Made by a program: the position numbers and the translations under genes. From the NCBI GenBank assembly GCA_900617105.1, contig UYFQ01000256.1, positions 1-48,911 of the forward strand: 48,911 nucleotides of DNA. The letters run 5' to 3'. Under the pieces are notes generated by a model, which ran no database searches, had not been told where the DNA came from, and worked only from the letters and a program-made list of their open reading frames with translations. Source of the stretch: Hydrurus foetidus (lineage: Eukaryota). Shown in pieces: positions 1-10,583 of this stretch (position 1 is its first letter; each line of letters opens with the position of its first letter).

Positions 1-262
1 TTAACTGAGTTAACTCTGCACAAAAATTTGGGATTGCTGAGATAAACTCAAGCAACCACAAGACAGTCAAGTATCGGGAGAGAAATCAACCCGAGTGACT
101 GATGAGAACGGTGGCGTGTTGCACAAAGCTATCCACGGACGTCAATCAAGCAAAGCTTGAAGTGAAATATGGGCAGAAGTTAACTGAGTTAACTCTGCAC
201 AATAGTACGGGATTGCTGAGATGAAACTCAAGCAAACCCAAAAATAGCCTGCTATCGGGAGA
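1..262. repeat. Diverged direct repeat, period about 179 bp (the first ~80 bp recur at ~180-260); may continue left of the window
   Basis: TTAACTGAGTTAACTCTGCACAA...GGGATTGCTGAGAT.AACTCAAGCAA...TATCGGGAGA occurs at 1 and again at 180. Confidence 0.7.
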
Positions 263-1070
263 TTCCGATGACTAAAAGCCATTTATGACCTGACTTCGGA
301 GACTTGCTCGCCATAGCAAGAATTATGCCTGCAAACGAGAATTTCGAATAAAATTCGATATTCTCCACGCAGGTAATCGGGAGAGTTAGGGCAGCAGGTA
401 GCGTAGAGGATGGTAGCTAGAGTAGGAGGATAGGGTCTAAAGAAGAGAAACTAAAGGAAGTATATCTACTGTGACCTCGGAAGGCAAAAGAGAAGGGAGG
501 TCTAAAGGCTAAAAGGAGCTTGTTAGTTAGGGTTGAAAGCAGAAGGTACGCTAGTAACTTCTGCAAAGCAGCACAAACTAGCTAGTGACTGATAGTCGTG
601 GCTGTGAACACGAAGGTACTAAGGTGGAAACAGCATCTAATCGGCTGAATGGGGTAGCAGACCCTGAGGGAGCCACAGTTTTTACTCATCTGAAAAAGCA
701 GTCCGTCTTTTCCCGTCTTTCTTACTTTTTGTCCTGAAGAAAAAGTTATTCTAAAGAAGTAAATGTGCCATCCTCCGGCTCTGCTCATTTCCTATCCAAA
801 ACCGTCTTAAAAAGTGTTCATAACTTCCGTTGTACCGTTCATACCAATACGTGGGATGTTTCGAACCTGGGGTGAGGAGCCTAAAAATTATTTTTTGTCG
901 AATTTTTTCTTTCGCGTTTTGGATGAATTAGAGCTTTATTTGAGTAGGACCTAAGTAGAGGAACAAGAATCTGCATTAAAAAGTTGAAAATTCGTCATGG
1001 TCGTGGAGATATAGCTGGGGCGGTTTTAGGGGCGGAAAAAAAGCCGGATTGAGGATTTCTAGGGGCGGTT

Positions 1071-1709
1071 GTGTCAGACCCTAGCGCGTGCTCAACCCTA
1101 CTCAAGAGGACGAGCGGAAAGTGGACAGAATCTTATCCTACTTGCTCTATACAAGGCACCAAGCTATGGTTCTCTGTATCGGCGACAAGCTATGGTTCTC
1201 TTGAAGTCCGCGCCTATGTCGATGCCTCCTTCGGAATGTATGAAGATGGCAAATCAATCACAGGAGTTGCGATTATGTTGGGCAGTGCTACCATTCATGT
1301 CAAGTCAGGCAAGCGAAAGATTGTTACCCGGTCGTCGACGGAATCGGAGCTTGTCGGAATCTCAAACGCCTTGTCGCAGATTTTATGGACAAGGTAATTC
1401 CTCCTAGCCGCTGGGTTGAAATTGGGACCAGCAATCGACTTCCAGGACAACCAGTCCACAATATTCCTGGGAAATAAAGGAAGATCTGCAAGTGAGAGGA
1501 GCCGCCACATTAAAATCAGATACTTCTTCGTCCATCATTACATCACGTCAAAGGAAGTGGAATTAAAATACTTGCCTACCTCTGAAATGGTCGCCGATAT
1601 ACTTACGAAACCGTTGCATGAGGCGCTCTTCCAGAAATTCCGCGGGCAGCTGACAGGGTCACCAATAACTCCCCACACCGATAACTCGTGTTGCAGTTAC
1701 CTCTTTTAA
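1071..1709 (+). pseudogene. Copia RNase H domain, disrupted
   Basis: YVDASFG..DGKSITG, VTRSSTESELV, FQDNQSTI, RSRHIKIRYFF, MVADILTKPL; in-frame TAA at 1395-1397 between two same-frame ORFs. Confidence 0.9.
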
Positions 1710-2046
1710 GCGTCATCACTAACCCGGAGCTCCACGATTCCTCGTTTTGCGCACACGCATGGATTGTCCCGGAAGAGTATGCTGCTTTCTTGCCAAATGC
1801 CAGAGCAAGGGCGCAACCGACGGTAAGTGAGCGATAAGTGTACGAGTTGTCGGTGAAGTTTGCCAAGATTTGCCGTCATGTGCTGCCATTTTAGTCTAGT
1901 ATGTAGTACGGCGGGCTAGCTGTCATCTCCTGCATTCTACGAGATCGTGCTTTGAAAATTCGATTTCCGTCCGGGCCATCAATTTTTTCCGCCATCAATT
2001 ATTTTACGTCAAAAAATCCTCGGGGGCCACGTCGTATCAAGGGGTA

Positions 2047-2584
2047 TGTTCGGCATACTGCTGTTCTATTAGGATGTTATCACATATGTTCGGCAACTGT
2101 TATCCTCCGTTGTATAGTGGTGCACACCGTGGGTTCGTAGCCCTGAGGGCCCCCGGGTTGATCCCCGTTTTGTCTCACACACGCTTTTGGACACGCAATG
2201 TATGCTCTTTTGTTTTGATGCGCACGATCCTCCTTCAACTTGAAGATCTGGAGATTCAAGTCCGCGTATCATTTTCATCAACTGACAACACAAGAACCAC
2301 ATGGACGTAGTCAATAATTAGACTACCATCGCATACTTCTTTATCAAGTAATTAAGTAAGACATCGTCGTCAGAGCCGCCAGCCTTCCTTCATCCAACTG
2401 ATCCTCTGATCACCAGGAAAGCGCGCCTGGTTGACTCAAGAGATCTGAAGATAAGGAGATTCACTTATATTACAACTATAAAGATTTCCCCGAGACTCTT
2501 GGACTCAGCAGTTAAGGTTTACTGAATCGGTAAACAGTAAGCTCACAAGAATCGAAGTTCACGGATTCACGGAGAACCCGATCA
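2047..2584 (+). repeat. Putative 3' LTR (538 bp) of the Copia remnant
   Basis: TG...CA ends with 6/7 inverted match (TGTTCGG / CCGATCA), directly after the PPT; no second copy in the window to confirm it. Confidence 0.6.
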
Positions 2585-2590
2585 AGAAGC

Positions 2591-3898
2591 TAGGACGAAC
2601 GAACATTCGTTCGTTCGAAGATGAACGAACATTGAACATGAACGAAGAAAAGCGGGGGTTTTCGTTCGTTCGCGAAAGGATGAAGGATTGAAATGGAGTA
2701 AGTAAAAATCGTTCATGAACGAATCAAACATGAACGACACATGAACGAATTCGTTCGTGAACGATGAACGATAGGAGCAGTGTTCCAAAATGATGTTCGC
2801 GAATGGACAGTGAAAAAATTCGTTCATCATTCGTTTATGTTTCGTTCATGTTTCGTTCATGTTTCGTTCATGTTTCGTTCATGATTCGTTCAACTTCCAT
2901 TTAGCTTTCCTTCGTCTTTATCCTGAGTAGTGTCATAGGTATATGCGCATATATTTAGAGACCGTATCGATGCATATGTACCTATATTCTCTCATATATT
3001 TACATATGCAGAACAGAAAATTCCATATGCAATCCATTTTTAAGTACCTCTCTGCGACAACAATCCCCAATGACATCAATTATCCTAAACGTGAACAAAT
3101 GCTCATGGTTTTTGCCCCAAAAAATACTTGTCGAAAAAAAATCAAAAATCAAAAAAAATAATTATCGCTGCAATCGCATTTTCGACAGGAACTCAGATCG
3201 CTACAGTTTTTTCGATTTTTCTCCTCAAATAAAGGTCTGATCGGGACTGTCCAGCTGGACTCATTGAGTACTGGTTGACACTGGGGGCCAAGAAGTATCC
3301 TGTCATGGCTGTAGTCTCTTTAGCCCAAGTGGGGACTCCACCGGGATCTGGTGTCCTTGAGAATTACTTCGGCTCCTTTGCGAACCTGGTTACGCGCCAC
3401 CGATCAACTCTTGATCCAGCTATGGTCGAGATGATTTTGTTTTGTAAACTGAATTTCTCTCTTATTTCAAGCATCATACCTGCCACCGCAACAGCGGCAA
3501 TTAATGAGATACGATTCCTATCCGACAGAAGAAGACTATATACAAGACAATCTGCAACACGCTAATGACATACCTGCAGATATTGATAGTGACCTTGAGG
3601 AAAAAAACAATTTTGAGGATGACATTTAGAATAAGTTCAACTGGCCTAATTTTCTTTCCATAGAGTAGCTCATTAAATAACTTATATCTTTCTTAAAATA
3701 TTTTTTTCACCGAAAAATGTTCATAAAACGAACGAACATTGAGCGAAGTATTTGAACATGAACGAACGATAGGTGAACAACAATGTTCAAACGATAGCAG
3801 GAGAATTTAGAGTTTTCCTTCATGAACGGATTTTTCGTTCGTGAACGAAATGTTTTTTTTTCGTTCGTGCATGTTTCGTTCATCGTTCGTTCGTCCTA
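2591..3898 (+). mobile_element. Non-autonomous (internally deleted) hAT transposon, 1308 bp
   Basis: TIR TAGGACGAACGAAC / GTTCGTTCGTCCTA; dense subterminal GAACGAAC/GTTCGTTC motifs at both ends; hAT C-terminal dimerisation remnant inside; no matching 8-bp TSD seen. Confidence 0.8.
3275..3565 (+). pseudogene. hAT transposase C-terminal dimerisation domain fragment
   Basis: W..LGAKKYPVMAVVSLAQVGTPPGSGVLENYFGSFANLVTRHRSTLDPAMVEMILFCKLN fits the hATC pattern (YP.L..LA...L..P.SS...ER.FS......T..R..L....VE.L.F...N). Confidence 0.8.
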
Positions 3899-3981
3899 GC
3901 TGTGAAGATCTCAGATTAAAGTGGCCGTAGTGGCCGTGTGGTAGCCGGCTAGTCCCACAGACGGCTAGTCCCACACGCCGA

Positions 3982-4254
3982 TGTTGTATATTGCATACGT
4001 AGCACTGGTGTTAGTACGAGGTGTACGTACGCACGCTACACTTCATGTGTGAGTTGATGCGTGCGCGACACTTTGGATGCATGACCGAATATATATATAT
4101 TAGGTTGAGTTGCTAACTGTAAACTTGATGAACATGATCGTGTGTCATGCTTCACAAGTTCTAATAACAAGTGATTGAGCGAAACCAGCATTTCACGAGC
4201 CTTGAGAAGATATCCGTGTAAGCGAACCTCACCAGATATCCAGATTTCTCAACA
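3982..4254 (+). repeat. 5' LTR of Copia-A
   Basis: Direct repeat of 7645-7917; TA-repeat TATA-like run near 4090-4101. Confidence 0.97.
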
Positions 4255-4281
4255 TATTAAAACTTACCAGGAGCCATTGTG

Positions 4282-7200
4282 ATGCCTCCAAAACGTGCTG
4301 GTGAACCCAAGGAAGTCCCGGAATGCATTCTCAAGATTGGAAAGTACAACAACGTTGTAGCTTGGAACCTAGAAATGCGCTCCGTAGTAGGAACCATAAA
4401 TGGGGCCACAGCCAACTTCCTCACGGGTAATATGAGATACGTTCCACACTATCCGACAGAAGAAGACTATATACCTGTAAACCCGGCACTTGCGGAAGGG
4501 GTGGCGCAGCCAGTCATCCCCGCGGCGTTGATAACAAAGCTAAGGGAGGACTGTTTCACTGGCAGACGCAAAGAGATGGCCCAACAACGCAAGGATGAAC
4601 AGAAAATCTGGTCCATTATGTGGACTAGAATGTCGCCCGCATCGCAAAGTAAAGTCCAGGAGGAGCCCGAATATGAGGCGGCGCTGCTGGCACGGGACTG
4701 CGTACTACTGTGGGAGTTCATTCGGCGCACCCACCTTACGCACATCTATGGGGACGGAGACCCTATGCTCGCCCTGAACATTCAGGAGCAGGAACAAAGA
4801 TACAATGCTCTTAAACAAGGGGACAGAGAGTACGTGTCCAATTTCAAGATCCGTTTCGACGCACAGGTGCACGCGTGTAGGGGTGCAGGAGTGGCAGAAA
4901 TCACGGAACCAAAACGCGCATTGGATTTCATCTACAAATTGGACCCTAAGAGATTCACTAAGATGATCGCGTTCATGAGGAACAATGCTCTGCTCATGGA
5001 GGGAGATGCATTCCCACAGACCCTTGCAGCCGCTTGCCGTATAGCATCCGGTTGGGTTAATGAAGATACCGGTGGACCCCAAGTCCCAGGAATCGAAACC
5101 CACTCTGCCTTTGCAACCGAAGAAAGCAACCTAGTAGCGAAGTCTAAGGATACGGAGAAAGGAAAACGGAGTACGACGAAGGGCGAATCCGCTACGAAAA
5201 AGAAACCATCTACCGAAGTTGAATGCTTCGTGTGCGGTCTCACCGGCCACTATGCTCGGGACTGTCCGACTAAGAAAGGAGCAGCACGTGCCCTCATCGC
5301 TGCTACAAATGCGGCCAACAATAACGATTCATTTGACGATGATGACGGTGAGGAGACCGCCTACATCACTACTGGGGAGACTCTTTTGTTCTCAAGAGAC
5401 GATGTACTGTTGGACAGTCAGGCGTCAGTTAATATGGCATACGGTACACAAAGCGGGTTACGGAAAGCGGATGATCCAACGTACATGCGATCAAGCGGAG
5501 TTACGGTAGACCCGGCGATTACTGCTAACGAAGACATCGTACAGGAAATTCCCACGATTCCCCAGTACTCACCACCACACCAACAAACTCTAGCGGATGA
5601 TATTGGAGTAGAACCGAATGCACAAGCGGAAGTGCAGAACGAAACATATTTTGACATGCCAGATCTGGATGTCGGACCGTTGATAGAGTTCGAACAATAC
5701 GAAGAACCGGAAGTCAATCGTGGCGCATCGATTCCAGCATCACCTCCACGATCAGTCAGAACCACACCAGTGTACGCGAGGTATAACACTGTTGCACAAC
5801 CGAGTACACCTCTGAGACGAGATCTGATGAACTATTATAACGCCAATGATGTCGCACTCACCACCGTGTTAGCGGCATGTATACCAACTGTAGACAGCGG
5901 AGGAAATAACGAGCACGTTATGAACATCTCGGTGAAAGAAGCGCTGCGAACTAGGGGTGCAGATGCAGAACGAGTCATACTAAAGGAACTGTCACAAATG
6001 ATCGACAAAAAAGTATGGACTCCGATACAAATAAGAGCGCTCACAGGTACGGAAAAAAGGGGAATTATTCGCTCTCAGATGTTCCTGAAGGAGAAATACT
6101 TGCCGACGGGTGCGTTTGAGAAGTTGAAGGCACGCCTAGTTGCTGGTGGAAATCAGCAGAACAAAGATCTGTACGACGATCTCTCTTCTCCAACAGTGTC
6201 TACAAGTGCTGTAATGACAGTATTTGCTATCGCAGCATATGAGAAGAGAAATGTTGCTGTAGTTGATATTGGGGGTGCGTATCTAAACGCCGACATGGAC
6301 ACAGGAATTACGGTGCATATGCGTTTGGACAAAATGATGTCGTCAATGGTGCGTAAAATCGACGAGACATATGGAGATTATATGGACGACAAGGGATGTG
6401 TCGTAGTCCGTCTCGATAAGGCGTTGTACGGATGTGTGGAATCCGCAGCATTGTGGTACGAGAACCTGTCAGGGGTACTAAAAGATTTCGGTTATAAGAA
6501 GAACAGATATGAAATATGCGTATACAACAAGACGAATAACAAAGGGGTACAGTGCACTGTTGCAGTGCATGTAGACGATCTCATTATATCGAGCACCGAC
6601 AAAGAAATGATCAGAACACTGTGCGATAACTTGAGAGAAAAGTATGGAGTGATCACACGTGCGGACGGTCCTGTTGTTAATTACCTTGGTATGGTTTTCG
6701 ATCTTACTATACCAGGTGAGGTCAGGATGACTATGAGAGGATATATTGAGGATACGATAGCGTATGGTGGTGTAACGGGTACTGCCAAGAGTCCGGCCAC
6801 CGAAGGCCTATTCGAAACGCGCGAAGGTGCGACTGGGGCTAGTGAGAGCGACAGGGTCTGGTTTCACAGTGTGGTTGCTAAACTCAGCTACCTAGCGAAA
6901 AGTGCCAAACCGGAGTGTCTTACTGCCGTAGCTTTCTTGGCGACAAGAGTAACCAGATGCACGGAAGGTGACATAGAGAAACTGAAGCGAGTATTGAGAT
7001 ACATCGCTGGTACCCGAGAGAATGGGGTAGTGTTCAGACCAGGGGTGCTTGGAATATGTGTGAGAGTGTTTGTGGATGCTGCATACGGAGTGCACGCGGA
7101 TGGCAAGTCGCACACAGGAAGCTGCATCGTGATAGGAGATGTCGGAGCGGTACACTGTAAGTCGAGTAAGCAGAGTATTGTTACAAAGTCTAGTACAGAG

Positions 7201-7485
7201 GCTGAACTGGTCGCGTTGTCGGATTCAGCGAACCAAGGACTGTATCTATGCAATTTCTTGAAGGATCAAGGACACTCGATTGGTCCGGTGACCGTATACC
7301 AAGACAACACGTCTTGTATGTCTCTTGTGGGTAAGGGACGATCTGGAGCAGAACGTACTCGACACATTAACATCAGATATTTTTGGTTGAAAGAGAGGAT
7401 GGACACTGGAGAGGCCACCGTGGTACACAAAAGGACTAAAGACATGTATGCCAATGTACTCACTAAGCCACTACAAGGTGGATAA
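4282..7485 (+). CDS. Copia Gag-Pol with an in-frame deletion of most of the protease and the integrase; RT and RNase H retained
   Basis: Zn knuckle CFVCGLTGHYARDC; protease start LLDSQAS; no HHCC/DDE integrase; RT motifs KARLVAGG, VDIGGAYLNA, KALYG, VHVDD; RNase H FVDAA, STEAE, YQDN; TAA at 7483-7485 is followed by 12 more homologous codons (FRFERECLTGWV). Confidence 0.93.
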   Translation: MPPKRAGEPKEVPECILKIGKYNNVVAWNLEMRSVVGTINGATANFLTGNMRYVPHYPTEEDYIPVNPALAEGVAQPVIPAALITKLREDCFTGRRKEMAQQRKDEQKIWSIMWTRMSPASQSKVQEEPEYEAALLARDCVLLWEFIRRTHLTHIYGDGDPMLALNIQEQEQRYNALKQGDREYVSNFKIRFDAQVHACRGAGVAEITEPKRALDFIYKLDPKRFTKMIAFMRNNALLMEGDAFPQTLAAACRIASGWVNEDTGGPQVPGIETHSAFATEESNLVAKSKDTEKGKRSTTKGESATKKKPSTEVECFVCGLTGHYARDCPTKKGAARALIAATNAANNNDSFDDDDGEETAYITTGETLLFSRDDVLLDSQASVNMAYGTQSGLRKADDPTYMRSSGVTVDPAITANEDIVQEIPTIPQYSPPHQQTLADDIGVEPNAQAEVQNETYFDMPDLDVGPLIEFEQYEEPEVNRGASIPASPPRSVRTTPVYARYNTVAQPSTPLRRDLMNYYNANDVALTTVLAACIPTVDSGGNNEHVMNISVKEALRTRGADAERVILKELSQMIDKKVWTPIQIRALTGTEKRGIIRSQMFLKEKYLPTGAFEKLKARLVAGGNQQNKDLYDDLSSPTVSTSAVMTVFAIAAYEKRNVAVVDIGGAYLNADMDTGITVHMRLDKMMSSMVRKIDETYGDYMDDKGCVVVRLDKALYGCVESAALWYENLSGVLKDFGYKKNRYEICVYNKTNNKGVQCTVAVHVDDLIISSTDKEMIRTLCDNLREKYGVITRADGPVVNYLGMVFDLTIPGEVRMTMRGYIEDTIAYGGVTGTAKSPATEGLFETREGATGASESDRVWFHSVVAKLSYLAKSAKPECLTAVAFLATRVTRCTEGDIEKLKRVLRYIAGTRENGVVFRPGVLGICVRVFVDAAYGVHADGKSHTGSCIVIGDVGAVHCKSSKQSIVTKSSTEAELVALSDSANQGLYLCNFLKDQGHSIGPVTVYQDNTSCMSLVGKGRSGAERTRHINIRYFWLKERMDTGEATVVHKRTKDMYANVLTKPLQGG

Positions 7486-7644
7486 TTCAGATTCGAAAGA
7501 GAGTGTCTAACGGGATGGGTATAATGAGGACTGCTTTACCTGTCGAGTGGGCTATAATGTAAATGATAATATGCATTCTATAACTAAATGCGTGAAAGTA
7601 ATATGCTATGCAGACTGTTTGAATACTAGCCAGTACTGAGGGTG

Positions 7645-7917
7645 TGTTATATATTGCATACGTAGCACTGGTGTTAGTACGAGGTGTACGTACGCACGCT
7701 ACACTTCATGTGTGAGTTGATGCGTGCGCGACACTTTGGATGCATGACCGAATATATATATATTAGGTTGAGTTGCTAACTGTAAACTTGATGAACATGA
7801 TCGTGTGTCATGCTTCACAAGTTCTAATAACAAGTGATTGAGCGAAACCAGCATTTCACGAGCCTTGAGAAGATATCCGTGTAAGCGAACCTCACCAGAT
7901 ATCCAGATTTCTCAACA
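7645..7917 (+). repeat. 3' LTR of Copia-A
   Basis: Direct repeat of 3982-4254. Confidence 0.97.
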
Positions 7918-8173
7918 GCCGATGGTGGGTGCTTTCGGTAAACCGAAAAAATGACGGAAAGCTTCATTTTGGACAAAAAACTTTTTTTTATCGAGGCTTC
8001 AGTTTTTTTACTGAAAAAGCTGTTCGGTAAAATTGTTGAAGCTTCGTAACTCAAAGAAAGTAGTGGTTGGTGACGATTCATGTTTTTGATGAACTTCAGA
8101 AAATGAAGGTTTCAACGCTGCAACTTTTTACCGTTACAGCGCTCCATCACTTTCATCTGAACATATTGCTGAG

Positions 8174-9204
8174 ATGACTACGCCCGTTGCAGGCAAAACT
8201 GAAGTTTCTGTCAAATGGTTGGACGTGAACCGCAAAGTTCTCATCGACTGCATCGCCGAGCACTCAGACGGCAGATATTCCAATATGAAAAATAGTAAGA
8301 CTGCGTGGAAATCAGTCGTCGTAGATTTTAAGACAAAAACAGGTCTACCATACGATAAGAAAATTCTTACGACTCAAGTTCAAACGTTGAAAAGGAACTG
8401 GTCAACCTACGACCAGTTTGCAAATAACAGCGGGTTCGGGGTGGATGCGAAAGGTCTTGTAACAGCGGCGCCGGAGGCTTTGAATACCTACTTCGCCACG
8501 CACCCAAAGGCCGCTCATTTCGCCAACACACCACTGCCATTTTATTCAGAGCTGACCAAGCTCTTCTCGCGTAAGTAAAATAAGATGATTGAGTTTATGC
8601 TGAAGAATTATTCTTAATTTATGAAACTCATGTTACGATAAAATTTCATACAGTGGATACTGCTACAGGGATGTATGCTAAGGCTCCTAATGCTCTCAAG
8701 GCCGCCGCAATTCCCGCCGTAGTCGCCGCTTCAGGCTTGTCGCAGCCGCTGGATCTCTTCTCCTCCTCTGATGATGTGGAGGTCCTTGACGGCGCGGCCG
8801 CTGCCACGCCAGTTCGAAACTCGTCCAGCGAGCAACTATTGCCTGGCTCCAGTAGGTCCGAAGACTCGAGGACACCTGCGTCGAAAAATGTTAGCAACGG
8901 TAGAGTGGTTAGACCTTTTGTGAGGACACCTAAAGCACCGAGGGAGAAACCAGCAGATGCGTTTGCTTCCCTGCTCCAAGAGGTCATCAGTCACCAAAAG
9001 ATTGCTTCCTCCCGAGTTTCTCCGTTCGAGTCCGCGGTTGCGGCTTTCAAAGCAGGACATGCCGAAGGGCTGACATCAGCTGAAGTCAGGGGGATCATTT
9101 GCCTCTTCTCAGAGAATGCCCCCTTTGTCAATCAGTTCTTATCATTTGACGAGGAGTCGAGAGACTTCATCATAACCGAGAAGCTAACCCAGTTGGATAA
9201 TTGA
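8174..9204 (+). CDS. Harbinger Myb/SANT-like DNA-binding accessory protein; exons 8174-8570 and 8654-9204, 315 aa
   Basis: Trp-spaced N-terminus (KW...AWK...LKRNW..Y...NNSGFG.D); an 83-nt intron GTAAGT...CATACAG joins the two ORFs in frame to give ...ELTKLFSLDTATGMYA. Confidence 0.88.
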
Positions 9205-9425
9205 TGCTTACCTATATGAATCTCTTGTACCGTACCCCCCTCATTTTTTTCAAATTAATAAACGAATCTTCTATTTTTTAATTTATGAGAATTTTCTTGG
9301 GGGGACCGTAGTATACGGAAACGTATCCATCATTTTAAGGGAATTAGCAGCTAATTCTCTACAGTACAACAGTAAAACTCACTTCGTTAATACAATAAGT
9401 GATCTAATTAATATTACAAAAGAAA

Positions 9426-10583
9426 TCATGCAGCATTATGCTGAGCCATTACAACTAGATAATTTGCCCACATAGCGTCAGCTATACCATTTCGCCATGC
9501 TTTTAAAGCATTGTAGTTCGCTAATTGGTGATCCTCATCTTCATTATCAGCATGATTACCGTTTACAGCCTCTTCTTCTTGATAGAACTCATCCTCATAC
9601 AGCTGATTCATACGAATAAAATTGTGTACTAGAAAACAACAGTGAACAATATCACACTGAAACTCAAATTCATAAGGGCTCATTTCAATCAACACAGGGA
9701 ACCTACGTTTCAGAACACCATACATTCTTTCAATAACATTTCTTAATGATGAATGCCTAAGATTGAATAGTTCTTTTGCATTTTGAGGCCCATTTACATC
9801 ATACTCTCGTAGGTGATATCTAACACCACGATATGGAGTTAAAACATTTTCACTGAGGCCATATCCAGCATCACCTAAATAATACTTACCAGGAATAATA
9901 GGGAAACCTTTGTCTTTTGAGTCATCAAAAACACGACTATCGTGAGCCGATCCTTCCCAACCGCACAAAGCATATGCGAAAGTTAAGTCAAAGTTAGCCA
10001 CACCGAGTACATTTTGAGATATAAACTTTTTCCGATTTCGGAAAGCCTCTTGGTCTGCAATAGGAACGCGGGCATGTATATGAGTCCCATCCAAAGCTCC
10101 AACGCAGTTGTCAAAAAAAGGAGAGAATTTTGCAACATTGCTTATTTCTGGTGGTGTTGGGCCACCAACCATTGCGGGCTGAAATATGATAGCACTACAC
10201 CGTTTTAAGGCGTCACTAGTTTCGTGAACAACTTTGGAAATAGTTGCTGAACTGTGCTGCCATCTTTCTCTAATTTGACGGACGGTGTAACCCCGAAAAA
10301 CTTGGAATAAAATCATGAGTTTCTGGCCATTACAAATATACAACGAATTCAAAAGTCCCCCAGTCTCAGATAGAAATAATTGAAACTTCAAGAAAGTCGC
10401 ACGGTCCATTCTTGCAACCTCATGGAATCGATGGACATTGTACGTCTGCATGATCTCGTCGAAATACATCTGTCCAGTCAATGCAGAAGTATGCTGTAGC
10501 ACAGGAATGGGAACTGCATTGTGCAAAACTCCAAGCACAGCTGCAACAACAAGAACGACATCAATGCTACCAGCGTTTTCCAT
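9426..10583 (-). CDS. PIF/Harbinger DDE transposase (HARBI1/DDE_Tnp_4 type), 385 aa, uninterrupted
   Basis: CVGALDGTHI, GWEGSAHDSRV, YYLGDAGY, FNLRHSSLRNVIERMYGVLKRRF, LVHNFIR. Confidence 0.96.
   Translation of the reverse strand: MENAGSIDVVLVVAAVLGVLHNAVPIPVLQHTSALTGQMYFDEIMQTYNVHRFHEVARMDRATFLKFQLFLSETGGLLNSLYICNGQKLMILFQVFRGYTVRQIRERWQHSSATISKVVHETSDALKRCSAIIFQPAMVGGPTPPEISNVAKFSPFFDNCVGALDGTHIHARVPIADQEAFRNRKKFISQNVLGVANFDLTFAYALCGWEGSAHDSRVFDDSKDKGFPIIPGKYYLGDAGYGLSENVLTPYRGVRYHLREYDVNGPQNAKELFNLRHSSLRNVIERMYGVLKRRFPVLIEMSPYEFEFQCDIVHCCFLVHNFIRMNQLYEDEFYQEEEAVNGNHADNEDEDHQLANYNALKAWRNGIADAMWANYLVVMAQHNAA

Larger units (their letters stand above)
1069..2584 (+). mobile_element. 5'-truncated Ty1/Copia remnant (RNase H, 3' UTR, PPT, 3' LTR)
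   Basis: Copia RNase H motifs; purine tract AAGGGGTA followed by TGTTCGG at 2047 and an imperfect inverted end CCGATCA at 2584. Confidence 0.75.
3982..7917 (+). mobile_element. Copia-A LTR retrotransposon, internally deleted, recent
   Basis: 273-bp LTRs at 3982-4254 and 7645-7917 (TGTT...AACA; I saw one difference, at LTR position 5); 5-bp TSD GCCGA at 3977-3981 and 7918-7922; PPT GAGGGTG before the 3' LTR. Confidence 0.97.

Noticed and set aside
360..1068. Possible degraded coding sequence (minus strand) and a MITE-like end near 790-1068
   Set aside because: Multiple stops, no recognisable motif, and no partner TIR or TSD found.
4259..4272. AAACTTACCAGG resembles the U1 snRNA 5' end (ATACTTACCTGG)
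   Set aside because: Two mismatches in 12 nt, same-sense rather than complementary, and not conserved in Copia-B.
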